This document shows, one piece after another, positions 48,413 to 58,911 of a stretch of 64,000 nucleotides of DNA (position 1 is the first letter of the stretch; each line of letters begins with the position of its first letter). The notes below the pieces were generated by a model. The model worked only from the letters and a program-made list of their open reading frames with translations. It searched no databases and had not been told where the DNA came from. Location: NCBI GenBank assembly GCA_046314355.1, contig JBKBWQ010000001.1, positions 864,001 to 928,000 on the forward strand. Reading direction: 5' to 3'. This DNA is from Candidatus Altimarinota bacterium (GTDB taxonomy: Bacteria; Patescibacteriota; Gracilibacteria; 1-14-2-50-48-13). The position numbers and the translations under genes are program-made.

Positions 48413-48790
48413 ATGAAAAAGCAAAATATGTGGAGCAAATACAGCTATCTCTGGATAACACTTATACTTTTTACTGGAAGTTTACTTGGACATTGGATCT
48501 TCGCATGGTTTGCATTTGTGAGTGAACAGACAGCGCATAATCAGCCCATACTTTTTTCTGAATACTTTGTACAGGTCATGAGAGATACTCTTGAGAACTG
48601 GCAGTCAGAGTTTCTGCAGCTCATCTGGCAGGTAGCAGGTCTTTCCTTTCTTCTCTATGTTGGGTCACCACAATCTAAGGAAAGCGAAGAACGCATTGAA
48701 GAAAAGCTCGATCATATTCTAAAAATAGTTGATGCAAAAAATGCAGAGAAAATGATCAAAGATCTCGATAAGAAATATCCGAAAAAGTAA
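48413..48790 (+). CDS. Conserved membrane protein (DUF6766-like)
   Basis: ENWQSEFLQ...GSPQSK motif. Confidence 0.75.
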   Translation: MKKQNMWSKYSYLWITLILFTGSLLGHWIFAWFAFVSEQTAHNQPILFSEYFVQVMRDTLENWQSEFLQLIWQVAGLSFLLYVGSPQSKESEERIEEKLDHILKIVDAKNAEKMIKDLDKKYPKK

Positions 48791-48801
48791 TATATTTTTC
48801 T

Positions 48802-49287
48802 ATGAGAACATTACTTATTATTGACCTTCAAAAAGGCTTTATTAAGGAAGAATCAAAAGATATTCCTAAAAAAATCCGAAGTTATATCCAAAAAGAAAAG
48901 TATGATTTCATTCTTTTTAGCAAATTTATCAACAAGCAGAACACAAACTTTGTGAAACTCCTTCATTGGAAAAAATGTTTTGCTGAACCAGAAATAGATA
49001 TCGTTCCAGAACTCTCTGAATATGCAAAATCTGATACTGTATTTGAAAAAAATACTTATTCCATTTTTAAATCAGAGAAATTCCTAGAATTTTTAAAGGA
49101 AAAGAATATTACAAAAATGGATATCTGCGGACTTGAATCAGATGGGTGTGTACTTGCAAGCGCTTACGAAGGATTTGATCTTGGATATGAGATGATTGTA
49201 CTTAGGGAACTGATGAGGAGTACAACATCTCTGAATAAAGCGACAGAAGAAATTATTAATCGCAATATTCACCGTGTGTACGAATAA
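48802..49287 (+). CDS. Isochorismatase-family cysteine hydrolase
   Basis: LLIIDLQKGF, K..YS, G...D.CV catalytic triad. Confidence 0.9.
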   Translation: MRTLLIIDLQKGFIKEESKDIPKKIRSYIQKEKYDFILFSKFINKQNTNFVKLLHWKKCFAEPEIDIVPELSEYAKSDTVFEKNTYSIFKSEKFLEFLKEKNITKMDICGLESDGCVLASAYEGFDLGYEMIVLRELMRSTTSLNKATEEIINRNIHRVYE

Positions 49288-49669
49288 TAAAAATTATTTC
49301 TTATTCTTTTTTCCAGAGCTTTCTCTTTATTTTCTTCCACTCGATACTTCACGATTTTGGTTATCAAATCCAAAGGCATTGGTGCGTCTATAGGAAACTG
49401 CACGGAGCCTTTTCCAGATTTGTATTTGGAAAGTTCTTTTTTAAATGCTGCACCTCCTGATGGTGTCGAATAAAATCCTATATGATGAGTAAAAGCTGCA
49501 AAGTGAACCAGATTCCCTTCTAGAAAAAAGTCGGCATTCCATAACTGATTTTCTCACTGACTTCAGGTGCAGCTTTTTTAATAGTTTCACGGATTTCTTT
49601 CAAAATTTTCTGAGTACTTTCAGGAAATCCTGCGATATATTCATCAATATTTTTTACTGAAATATCCAT
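49269..49669 (-). pseudogene. DUF1801 (YdhG-like) gene, frameshifted in a T6 run
   Basis: MDISVKNIDEYIAGFPE...ISYGMPTFF* continues in a shifted frame as LEGNLVHFAAFTHHIGFYSTPSG...KGSVQFP; one T is missing at 49524-49529. Not in the ORF track. Confidence 0.85.
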
Positions 49670-49781
49670 ATATTGAAAGAAAAGATATGATTTCTATTAT
49701 ACACAATTCTCCATGAATTACAAAAAACTTCTTTTCTTAAAATCCAAAACATAGCTCTCACAAATATTTTAATTAGAAAAT

Positions 49782-49832
49782 TTGACATTTTAATACTATA
49801 TTTTTATAAAGTACCTTGCAAAACATAGTACC
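49782..49832 (+). promoter_or_regulatory. Promoter and candidate PadR operator
   Basis: TTGACA-N17-TATAAA followed at once by the imperfect palindrome GTACCTTGCAAAACATAGTAC. Confidence 0.6.
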
Positions 49833-49872
49833 GTGTACTACACTATAGTCGAACTATTCTTCTACTGACCAT

Positions 49873-50304
49873 ATGTTGAAGCTTGAATACTATACATATT
49901 GGCTGATGCGTCTTTCCCTATCCATTCTATTTATTTGGTTCGGAGCCATCAAGATACTCGGAGAATGTCCACTAAATGAAACGATCTCACGGATCATTGA
50001 AATCTTTACACCGTGGATTCCCTTCTCCACCTTTATAGTGCTGATGGGATCTGCAGAGATAGCACTTGGAGTATTATTTCTTATTACTCCGATGCTCGAG
50101 ACGGCTTTGATTATCTTAGCTTTCCATCTCTGTTCCACATTCATACCTCTTTTTATACTGCCTGAACTTACATGGAATGGATTTCCTATTCCCACTCTTG
50201 AAGGTCAGTTTATAGTAAAAAATATTACGCTCTTTGCACTGGGACTATCCCTCTGGATAACCCATAAAAGACAGCAACTCCATTTATTTACATCATGCTT
50301 ATGA
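49873..50304 (+). CDS. DoxX/YkgB-like membrane protein
   Basis: RLSL..LFIWFGAIK...PTLEGQFIVKN. Confidence 0.82.
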   Translation: MLKLEYYTYWLMRLSLSILFIWFGAIKILGECPLNETISRIIEIFTPWIPFSTFIVLMGSAEIALGVLFLITPMLETALIILAFHLCSTFIPLFILPELTWNGFPIPTLEGQFIVKNITLFALGLSLWITHKRQQLHLFTSCL

Positions 50305-50633
50305 AAGAAATATCGATTGAACAAACAAAAGCAAGTATGAGAAAAGGAATGCTTGAGTACTGCATACTACTCACCATTTCTCAGGGAAAAATATACGCAA
50401 GTGATATCCTCAAAAAGCTCAAAGAAGCAGATCTCCTGGTCGTAGAAGGCACACTCTATCCCCTTCTCAACAGACTCCGCACAGAAGAACTTCTCGATTA
50501 CAGCTGGGAAGAATCCAAGTCAGGTCCTCCAAGAAAATATTATTCTCTTACAGAAAAAGGAACTGAAAATCTCATACAGCTCAAAGCCACATGGAAATCC
50601 CTCGTCGAATCAATTACTACTTTAATGAACTAA
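50301..50633 (+). CDS. PadR family transcriptional regulator
   Basis: MRKG.LEYCIL...EGTLYPLL.RL...W.ES.SGPPRKYY.LT.KG. Confidence 0.93.
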   Translation: MKEISIEQTKASMRKGMLEYCILLTISQGKIYASDILKKLKEADLLVVEGTLYPLLNRLRTEELLDYSWEESKSGPPRKYYSLTEKGTENLIQLKATWKSLVESITTLMN

Positions 50634-50637
50634 ACTT

Positions 50638-52323
50638 ATGAAAAAAGCACTTCAAATAAGCATAGCAAAGTCTCTCTTCAACATTGAAGAAGATGCATAC
50701 GGGGTATTAAATAAGTACCTGGATTCTGTAAGAACACATTTTGCAAATACAGAAGAAAAAGACGAGATTATCTCTGATATTGAAGCACGGATTGCAGAAC
50801 AGTTTATTGAAACTGGGCATACAGTCATCAGTATCAATGATGTTGAGCAGGTAATTGCATCTATGGGGAAAGTAGAGGATTTCGGAGATGAGCAAGTTAT
50901 CTCTGCAGAACCTACACAAGGTTCGACAAAACAGAAAAAACTCTACAGAAGTACTGATGATGTTATGGTAGGAGGTGTGTGTGCAGGGCTTGCTGCATAC
51001 TTCGGAATGGATGTACTTTGGGTACGAATAATATTTCTGGTGCTGCTTTTCTTCACAGGATTTGGAGCAGGACTATACATAGTTTTCTGGATATTAATAC
51101 CTGAAGCAAAGACCGCTTCTCAGAAGATTGAGATGACAGGAAGTCCCATCAACCTTGAAAGTCTGAGTGAGAATGTCACTGAAAGAGTGAATAACTTCAC
51201 AAAAGAAAATCGCTCTAAAATAGAACAGACTATTGCCATTCCTTTTGAGTTCCTGCAAAGAATATTTCCTCTCTTTTGGCCTGTAATACGGGTAACATGC
51301 GGAATATTATTAGCATTTGTCGCATTCTGTATTATTTTCGCACTTACATTTGCCGTACCATTTATCCTCATAAATGCTCCTGAGAGATTTGTAGATTTCC
51401 CTTTTAGAGAAATCATTTCCATGAGTCTTGTCTATCTCATAATAGCTAGCGGATATCTTGTTATCATCATTCCTTCAGTCATAATATTTATCTTTGGAAT
51501 TGGTTTTTTGAGAAATAAAAATCTCATGAACGGCACTCTTGGATTCACTCTTCTCGGTATCTGGTCTATCGCTCTTATAGTTGCAGGCGTAAGCACTTCA
51601 AAAGCAGTGATCAGCTACAAAGAATTTGTAGAAACGAGTCCTCTCTTTGAAACCGTGTCTCAGAATCTTCCGCTTCCAGCAGGAGCAATCACAAACCTTG
51701 ATCTTACGAATGGCCAGCATGTGACTCTTATACAGGGTGATACTCCTGCTCTCAGCATCAAAGGACAAAGAATGTATCTTGAAAATACAACAACTACCTT
51801 AGAAAATGGGACATTGAAACTTTCGACAAAACTCATAAAAGGTCCATGCATTTTCTGTGATCACAGTAAATCCGAACTCACACTTACGGTCCCTTCTCTT
51901 TCAAGTATAAAAGTCAATCAGGGGTCACGGATAACTACTGAGAGTTTTAAAAGCACAGATCCGATGAATATTTCACTCTCTATGGGATCTCGTGCTGATG
52001 TGAATATTGAGACACCTGAATTCCAAAGCAGAATTGAAAACGGATCCCGGATGGAACTTCAGGGAACTGCGTCTGGTGCAACATTCGTTACGACCTATGG
52101 CAGTGATCTTCACGCAGGAAGCTTTCAGGCAGATATCATAAAAGCAAATGCAAGCTTTGGATCAAGTATGGATATTTACCCGACGAAAAGTCTGAATGCG
52201 ACAGCAGAGACAGGGTCAAGCATCAACTATACCGGCACTCCAACAACTACTCTCAGTGAGCAGACAGGAGGGAGTATACATAATGATTCCGAAGACCATG
52301 ATGTAGGTAATGAAGAGTATTAA
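50638..52323 (+). CDS. PspC domain protein with C-terminal DUF2807/GIN-like domain
   Basis: DIEARIAE, KKLYRS.DD...GGVCAGLA.YFG, TM helices, C-terminal GS.. beta-helix repeats. Confidence 0.88.
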   Translation: MKKALQISIAKSLFNIEEDAYGVLNKYLDSVRTHFANTEEKDEIISDIEARIAEQFIETGHTVISINDVEQVIASMGKVEDFGDEQVISAEPTQGSTKQKKLYRSTDDVMVGGVCAGLAAYFGMDVLWVRIIFLVLLFFTGFGAGLYIVFWILIPEAKTASQKIEMTGSPINLESLSENVTERVNNFTKENRSKIEQTIAIPFEFLQRIFPLFWPVIRVTCGILLAFVAFCIIFALTFAVPFILINAPERFVDFPFREIISMSLVYLIIASGYLVIIIPSVIIFIFGIGFLRNKNLMNGTLGFTLLGIWSIALIVAGVSTSKAVISYKEFVETSPLFETVSQNLPLPAGAITNLDLTNGQHVTLIQGDTPALSIKGQRMYLENTTTTLENGTLKLSTKLIKGPCIFCDHSKSELTLTVPSLSSIKVNQGSRITTESFKSTDPMNISLSMGSRADVNIETPEFQSRIENGSRMELQGTASGATFVTTYGSDLHAGSFQADIIKANASFGSSMDIYPTKSLNATAETGSSINYTGTPTTTLSEQTGGSIHNDSEDHDVGNEEY

Positions 52324-52328
52324 GTGTT

Positions 52329-52363
52329 AAAAAAGCCCTACTAAACTTGAGTAGGGCTTTTTT
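52329..52363 (+). terminator. Intrinsic terminator
   Basis: AAAAAAGCCCTACT...AGTAGGGCTTTTTT. Confidence 0.78.
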
Positions 52364-52622
52364 ATATGAAAAGAATTCTTACACCTCCTGATATCTGTTA
52401 AATAAGCCCTCAAGTGAATAAGAATAAAAAAATTACAAGTGAAGATCTTGTTTATGAAAATTATCTCAGGCAAATACAATCTCTTATTAAACGCAGAAAT
52501 CTATATTAAATAGCATTTACTATAAATAAAAATACCGCGCAATAAGATTAATCGTTTAAATCCCGTTTGACTTTAAACAAGATAACGGTATATTAGACGC
52601 ATAATATATCCTAGTTATTTAT

Positions 52623-53393
52623 ATGACAGAAACATCCACCCCAACATCAGCACCCAGAGAAAGAAGCAATGCTTATCCAGCTATAACCTTGGAAGAAGCA
52701 ATTGAACATAGCAAGAAATTACTCTTAGCTTATCCAAAATCAAATTTTGATAGACAAACAGCTGCACTTGCTCTTGGTTATGACAATCTAAATGGAACAT
52801 CAACGCCCCGCATTGCTGCACTAGTTCATTATGGATTAATAGAAAGAACAGGTACTGTATGTAAGAACTCAGATATTGCACAACGCATCCATAACTTTAC
52901 AAGCAATGAAGAAAAAGAAGAAGCAATTATAGAAGCAGCACTTAATCCAAAAATCTTTAAAGCATTAATAGAGGAATATGAAGGCAAAGCGCTTCCCCCG
53001 ACGTTAAATAATATATTAGTGCGTAGCCATGGAATTAATCAAAAAGTTTCTGAAAAGGTAGTAAGAATTTTTAAGAATACCATGGAATATGCCAAAATTT
53101 ATGCAAATGGCATTATTAATACTCAGGAACTGAAGAAAGATCTTCCAAAAGCATTTAATGATAATCAAATAACTACAATACCAACCAACCCTTCTCCTTC
53201 TCAGATAACACCAGTAAAAGCGAAAATATCAACAGAACAAAATGACATGATAAGCATAAAGCTACCAAGTGGTGCAGTCCTTTACTATCCTCAGCATTTA
53301 GCTTATTTACTACAAACAGATACAGATTTCGGCAAAACACTCACTCAACTAGAACACATTATAAGTAAAGCTCTTAATAACGAAGTAAATTAA
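52623..53393 (+). CDS. Uncharacterised winged-helix protein (DUF5343-like)
   Basis: YP..TLEEAI...A.ALGY....G....IAAL..YGLI...A.L.P.IF..L...Y; overlaps the next gene by TAATG. Confidence 0.7.
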   Translation: MTETSTPTSAPRERSNAYPAITLEEAIEHSKKLLLAYPKSNFDRQTAALALGYDNLNGTSTPRIAALVHYGLIERTGTVCKNSDIAQRIHNFTSNEEKEEAIIEAALNPKIFKALIEEYEGKALPPTLNNILVRSHGINQKVSEKVVRIFKNTMEYAKIYANGIINTQELKKDLPKAFNDNQITTIPTNPSPSQITPVKAKISTEQNDMISIKLPSGAVLYYPQHLAYLLQTDTDFGKTLTQLEHIISKALNNEVN

Positions 53394-54330
53394 TGGAGCA
53401 TCAACTACGCTTAATAGAACATCCTTGGCAAAAAGTACTACCAATGATTAAGCTTGCCGGAGAGAATCACTACTTCAACACAAATCTTTTAGAGGATTAT
53501 CAGTTTTGGGAAGATTTAGGGGTATTTAGTAGAGACAATTTAGGGACACTTAGTCCTATAGGACAAGCCTTATTTGAAACACTCTTTATTAGACAGGACA
53601 AAAGAGAACAAGAGATTCTAAAAAAACAATTACTTACGTATCCTCCTACAATTGCAATACAGCAATATCTATGGGGGGGGGTTCAGAAATTACAATACCT
53701 CAAGTAATGACAGTCATAAAAATGACAGGATTTTGGAAAGATTCAACAAAAAAAGTACCTACACATTTTCTCGATTTCTTGAATTATGCTGGAGTTATCT
53801 CTTATCAAAAAAAATTAAAACAAATAAAAATACTCGTTTCTCCTGATCTACCACAAATTCCAAAGAATATTTATATTGATCCTGCACGACCTTTTTCAAA
53901 TATAATTTGGATAAAGAGAGTTTTAAGTGAGTGCTCAGATTTTATATATTGGATGGATAAGCATTTTCATAAAGTTGCGCTTGACTGGCTCTGGTCGACA
54001 GCTGATTCAAATAGAATTAGGAAAATTAGAATACTATCGCTTTCCTCTACAGGTAATAACAATGTTAACAAGGATACAAAAAAGACCTATCTACACTTTA
54101 AGCAAGAAATGAAGAACAAAGGCATCGAGGTTATCTGGTCAGTTATTGACAGTACGGAAATGAGAGATAGTCATGATCGCTGGATAATTGGTGGAAATAA
54201 TTATTTACTCAACCTACCAAACGTAAATGCTATCGCATCTGGACAACGATCTGAAATAAATCATTCTGACAATTACAAAGACTCATTGAGAGCTTTTGAG
54301 ACTTATTGGACAAAAAGTCAAGAACTCTAA
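53393..54330 (+). pseudogene. wHTH + PLD-like nuclease-fold gene split by a frameshift in a G9 tract (or two overlapping ORFs, 53393..53707 and 53671..54330)
   Basis: G9 at 53673-53681 joins the two frames (G7 or G10 restores one ~312-aa ORF); C-terminal IYWMDKHF...SHDRWII. Confidence 0.65.
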
Positions 54331-54359
54331 ATGTACATTAGTTTTTATTTACAAATCTT

Positions 54360-55652
54360 TTACACCTCCTCATACCTATTAAAAAGCAGCTTATAAGACT
54401 TTGATCTAAACGCCAAAAGCGTCACGATCAACCCAATAACTCCGGCAATGATAAACACTAACGCAAGCCCTCTCCCCTCACCCACACCGAACCATCCTCC
54501 TATGAGATCCACGCCTTTTCCCGTAGTCATAAAAGGAATAAATATATACTGAGCTATCGGACCGATCAAAAATGCAGTAATCGGCATAGCAGACCACTCG
54601 ACACTTTGCGCAAAACCGAATACTCTTCCCTGTCTTTCCTGTGGCACCACCTTCTGAATAATAGTCTGCTCAGATGCTTCAATAAAAGGCATAAGAGACA
54701 TGCTAATTAGCATACAGATAAGGAGTAATAAAATCCAAGGCTGAACAGCAAAAAGCATACTCAGAGTCCATGATGCCATATTTACCAAAAACATTGTCCG
54801 TACAGGATTTTTTCCCAGTCCGAATTTGGAAATAAGAGTACCTCCAATAATAAATCCTATGCTAATCACACCCCAAACAGTTCCCCAGGTCTGTACTGAA
54901 ACAAGAGAGAGTCCATAGGCGTCCATGAGCGACATGTACACTCCGCCTAAGAAATTATTGAACATAGTAAAGAAAAGAAGCGGCAGCAGACCCGGTATTT
55001 TTCTGATCACTTTCAATGTTCCTTTGATATCCACTTTCTTTGGATGATCATCACTTGAGACAATCTTTTCCTCTCCAACAGGAATAAGCAGAAGATGAAT
55101 AATAGAGAGTACAGTCACCGCAATCACAGATGCAAGTACCCAAAACATACCTCCATACGCAAGCAGAAATCCACTTATGACAGATGTAAATAAAAACGAT
55201 ACACCAAAGATCATTCCCGAGAAACCATTTGCCTTATCTCTACTTTTTTCATCTACCAAGATACCGACAAGAGTAGGTATGGCGATGGAGCGTATATTCC
55301 CTGGTATTACACCAAAGAGTAGAAGAGTAATAAATGTCCAAAGTACTGGATTTGTAAGCACTCTAAACGATTCATCAGGTGTATTTAAAAATAATAATAG
55401 AGCAAGAATATAACAAATAAGTGACAAAGTTGTCCCTGCCAGAATCACATTTTTCTTTCTATGATGATCCACGAGAGACCCCAGCCAGAACCCTGAAAGT
55501 GTAGAGATAACAAGATAAATTCCGCCAATCAATGATGTAGCTACTACAGATCTAGTCTCGAGATAGATCCAGAATGTCACCGCAAACCAGACAGTATTAT
55601 TCGCTATAGACACAAAGAGCGAATTGAAAAGAATATTATAAAAAGTTTTCAT
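54360..55652 (-). CDS. MFS transporter (DHA3-like)
   Basis: GSLVDHHRKK motif A variant, ~12 TM, QGRVFGFAQS. Confidence 0.92.
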   Translation of the reverse strand: MKTFYNILFNSLFVSIANNTVWFAVTFWIYLETRSVVATSLIGGIYLVISTLSGFWLGSLVDHHRKKNVILAGTTLSLICYILALLLFLNTPDESFRVLTNPVLWTFITLLLFGVIPGNIRSIAIPTLVGILVDEKSRDKANGFSGMIFGVSFLFTSVISGFLLAYGGMFWVLASVIAVTVLSIIHLLLIPVGEEKIVSSDDHPKKVDIKGTLKVIRKIPGLLPLLFFTMFNNFLGGVYMSLMDAYGLSLVSVQTWGTVWGVISIGFIIGGTLISKFGLGKNPVRTMFLVNMASWTLSMLFAVQPWILLLLICMLISMSLMPFIEASEQTIIQKVVPQERQGRVFGFAQSVEWSAMPITAFLIGPIAQYIFIPFMTTGKGVDLIGGWFGVGEGRGLALVFIIAGVIGLIVTLLAFRSKSYKLLFNRYEEV

Positions 55653-55689
55653 AGAAGAAGATAATTGCAAAATCATCTATTACAATAAC

Positions 55690-55724
55690 AAAAGAGAGAG
55701 TATTTACAACTCTCTCTTTTTTTT
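55690..55724. terminator. Terminator-like hairpin
   Basis: AAAAGAGAGAGT...ACTCTCTCTTTT. Confidence 0.6.
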
Positions 55725-55741
55725 CATGATATCTATTCTAT

Positions 55742-56119
55742 TTATTTAGCATTCTCATCAGGCTGATAGAGTCCAAATGTATTCCCCTCAGTATCAGCAA
55801 AATATCCCTGCCAGCAGAGTCCAGGTACCGCAAATTTAGGTAATACCACCATACCACCAAGAGTAGTAATTTTTTCAGATACAGCATTAAAGTCATCTAC
55901 AACCATAGAACATACAAAAGCATTTGCCCCCGTGTGATTAGCCGGCTTGGACATAGGTCTTTTCATCATACCTCCATGTGTTCCATCAGTCTGGATACGC
56001 CAATACTCCATAGGTATATGCTCGTCCTTATGGAATTTCCATCCAAAGACTTCTGTATAAAAACTCATAGCTCTCTCCGGTTCATCCACCTGTACTTCAA
56101 AGTAAGAAGGTCCGTTCAT
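55742..56119 (-). CDS. VOC/glyoxalase family protein
   Basis: YFE...D.PERA..FY..VFGW.F...GG....PK..VPG.....F.DTEGN.FG. Confidence 0.9.
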   Translation of the reverse strand: MNGPSYFEVQVDEPERAMSFYTEVFGWKFHKDEHIPMEYWRIQTDGTHGGMMKRPMSKPANHTGANAFVCSMVVDDFNAVSEKITTLGGMVVLPKFAVPGLCWQGYFADTEGNTFGLYQPDENAK

Positions 56120-56138
56120 AGTAAAAGTAATTAGTAAT

Positions 56139-57092
56139 TTAAGGACGTGAATAGTTCGTGTAGCGAGAAAGAATACCTTTTAGTAGTTCCTTTCTCAACA
56201 TAAGCTCTGGTGTAACTGCATGCAGCTTTTCTTCATTATATTCAAAATCTAGGAATACTTCTCTTAAGTAGCTGAGAGATTCTATATCTCTAAATACAAT
56301 AGTGTTTCTTTTAGCGTTCAGTTCTACAAGATTCAAAAAAGCATAGTCCTCTTCCCTAGTACAAAGATACTCCATTGCTTTACTCTTTTCTTTCTCCAAG
56401 AATCCCTCTGCCTGAAAGAGCTCAAGCTGTGAGATAAAAATTAATTTATCTGCAACTTCAATACTTTTAGAATCAAGCCTCAGTGCATTAGGAATATTTT
56501 GAGAAATATTTTTTACTACCTCAGAAAAATACTGTGCTTCGAAACCATCATCATAATCAAAGAATTTTTTTAAAGTTTCGTATGCATCCTTATCTTCCTG
56601 AGTAGTCATACTCATTTGAAAGATAAGGGTATTCGAAAGAATAGCAGCAGCTAAGAATTCAGCACTTTTTTTAGATATTTTCTCCAGTAAGTTGTGTTTT
56701 TCAAATTCCCGGACTACAAGCGTTGCAGCAGCGCCTATGGATTCTATGACAGCACGCTCGCCTATCTTTCCCCAGTATTTCTCAAATCCGGGATGGTGAT
56801 CCAAGATATGGATTATCTTATCTTCTTCCACACAAGATTCAAAAAACTTAGGATCTGAAAGATCGAGAATCACATATTCCTTCTCATCATACTGATCCAG
56901 AACGCTGTCATCTTTTTCATAGATACTTCTATCGATATATCCCTTTGGGACACTACTATTCATATGGGCAGTCATCAACGGCACTGCAGTTTTACCTTGG
57001 AGAGTAAGGAGCTCTGCATACGCAATCACACATGCAAAGCCGTCTATATCAATAAATTTATTTCCTGACGTCACCACTATAGCTTTCTTCAT
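56139..57092 (-). CDS. ppaC: DHH-family Mn-dependent inorganic pyrophosphatase-like protein
   Basis: DIDG, ILD, LDHH, GAAAT, ILSNT, D.K, SQLE, RKE. Confidence 0.75.
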   Translation of the reverse strand: MKKAIVVTSGNKFIDIDGFACVIAYAELLTLQGKTAVPLMTAHMNSSVPKGYIDRSIYEKDDSVLDQYDEKEYVILDLSDPKFFESCVEEDKIIHILDHHPGFEKYWGKIGERAVIESIGAAATLVVREFEKHNLLEKISKKSAEFLAAAILSNTLIFQMSMTTQEDKDAYETLKKFFDYDDGFEAQYFSEVVKNISQNIPNALRLDSKSIEVADKLIFISQLELFQAEGFLEKEKSKAMEYLCTREEDYAFLNLVELNAKRNTIVFRDIESLSYLREVFLDFEYNEEKLHAVTPELMLRKELLKGILSRYTNYSRP

Positions 57093-57115
57093 CGAATAAT
57101 ACTCAAAAATAGAAA

Positions 57116-57580
57116 TTATGAATTTGCAGCATCTTCAATCTTCTGAAGATCAATCTTTTTCATAGTCATCATTACAGGCATCACTTTACTTGCCTTAGGA
57201 CCAGAGATAAGCTCAAGAAGTCTTGTCGGTGCTATCTGCCAAGAAAGACCAAATTTATCCTTCAGCCACCCGCACTGTGACTCCTCTCCTCCATCTTTTG
57301 TAAATGCATCCCAGAAGTAATCCACCTCTTCCTGATCCTTACACTCAACTACGAAAGAAATGGATTCATTAAATTTAAAGGCAGGTCCAGCATTGATCAC
57401 TGTAAACTGAAGACCTTCAAGTTCAAAAGCACCAGTCATGAAAGTACCTGCAGGCATAGGACCTCCATTTGGATATCGGCTTTTACTAATTTCTTTTGCA
57501 TTTTTAAAGACAGACATATAAAAGTCCATAGCTTCTTCTGCATTATCATCGAACCAGAGAAACGGTGTGATCTTTTGCAT
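57116..57580 (-). CDS. PhnB/3-demethylubiquinone-9 methyltransferase-like VOC protein
   Basis: QKITPFLWFD..AEEA..FY...CGWLKDKFGLSWQI. Confidence 0.92.
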   Translation of the reverse strand: MQKITPFLWFDDNAEEAMDFYMSVFKNAKEISKSRYPNGGPMPAGTFMTGAFELEGLQFTVINAGPAFKFNESISFVVECKDQEEVDYFWDAFTKDGGEESQCGWLKDKFGLSWQIAPTRLLELISGPKASKVMPVMMTMKKIDLQKIEDAANS

Positions 57581-57720
57581 GATATATAGTTTTGAATAAT
57601 AAATTCGAGGAATAACCTATGGTAGCAAAGGTAGTGTTTTTTTGCAATGAGGTAAATGAGATGAGACCTTACTTTACTTTGACTTTAATAAAAAACGGGC
57701 TTAAGCTATTTTATTATTTT

Positions 57721-57912
57721 ATGACCGCATCTACTATGGATTCAAACAATGGAAACAACGCTGCCACAACAATAATTGCAGTAATTGCAATCGTTGTGCT
57801 TGTCATAGCTCTCCTGTTCTTTTTCAAAAATGGAGCAACCCCAGGGTCATCAACTACAAATGTCCAAGTACCTTCTCCAAGTGTAAATGTACCAGGCACA
57901 ACAGGACAGTAA
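57721..57912 (+). CDS. Small single-TM protein
   Basis: IIAVIAIVVLVIALLFFF plus a Pro/Thr-rich tail; followed by a terminator. Confidence 0.65.
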   Translation: MTASTMDSNNGNNAATTIIAVIAIVVLVIALLFFFKNGATPGSSTTNVQVPSPSVNVPGTTGQ

Positions 57913-57930
57913 TTCAATTATGATCTCAAT

Positions 57931-57958
57931 AAAAAGCCGCCCATGTGGGCTGCTTTTT
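57931..57958 (+). terminator. Intrinsic terminator
   Basis: AAAAAGCCGCCCA-TG-TGGGCTGCTTTTT. Confidence 0.65.
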
Positions 57959-58080
57959 ATATAATATTTCCTGCAATTTCAATCTACTGACTTTATATAA
58001 ATCAATTCATCTAAATAAATAACTTGTAATTTTGCTCAGTATTTCTAAACTTAAAAGTATTACTGCATAATCACTTCTCT

Positions 58081-58335
58081 ATGAATTGTCCTGTCTGCAA
58101 TGTTGCTTTAGTTATGTCAGAGCGTCAGGGAGTAGAAATAGATTACTGCCCACAGTGTAGGGGTGTATGGCTTGATAGAGGCGAACTGGATAAGATTATA
58201 GAAAAATCTGCACAGCAACCCTCATATGATGCTCCACGCCCTCAGGAGAGAACTCAGCCGTCTCACTCACAAGAGACTTATCATAAAAAACCGCATAAAA
58301 AAGAATCCTTTTTTAGCGAGTTATTTGATTTTTAA
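58081..58335 (+). CDS. zf-TFIIB zinc-ribbon protein
   Basis: CPVC...ERQGVEIDYCPQCRGVWLDRGELDKII. Confidence 0.92.
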   Translation: MNCPVCNVALVMSERQGVEIDYCPQCRGVWLDRGELDKIIEKSAQQPSYDAPRPQERTQPSHSQETYHKKPHKKESFFSELFDF

Positions 58336-58749
58336 TTCAGTCTCTAAAAAATAATCCGCAATTTCGCGGCAGTCATCAAAAAGAGCAATTGCTTTTAGTT
58401 CCTCTTTTGAGATCCATCTTATCTCTTCGACTTCATCTTTATCCAAGATACATATATCTGTATCAGCATAAGCATGATATCCAATAAGGATTCTTTTGGT
58501 ATTGCTTTTAACGTGCAGTGAAAATATCACATGCAAAGCTCTAATATTCTTAATACAAATACTCAGTTCCTCAGTTACTTCTCTCTCAAGATTTTCGTAA
58601 GGTGTTCCCTCATTGTTCAAACGCCCTCCAGGAAATTCCCATAAAGAGTCCTTTGTTGGACGACAGACAAGGAATTTATCCTGGTATTCAATAATTGCTT
58701 TCTGGGCGATTTTTCCTACAAAGTGCTGGGCTTCGTCTTCGATCATCAA
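58321..58749 (-). CDS. NUDIX hydrolase
   Basis: WEFPGG......E.L.REV.EEL Nudix box. Confidence 0.88.
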   Translation of the reverse strand: MMIEDEAQHFVGKIAQKAIIEYQDKFLVCRPTKDSLWEFPGGRLNNEGTPYENLEREVTEELSICIKNIRALHVIFSLHVKSNTKRILIGYHAYADTDICILDKDEVEEIRWISKEELKAIALFDDCREIADYFLETELKIK

Positions 58750-58911
58750 GATTGAGAGTAAGTTATTTTAACTACTTTTATCCAGAAATATATAAGTGTC
58801 AATAATTAGACTCTCTTTTAAATAGATATCTTGTCAAATAAACTAACCTATTACTCAGCTTCATATTACAGCATCAGGCACATGAGCTGTACAAGATAAT
58901 GATGCAGTAAT

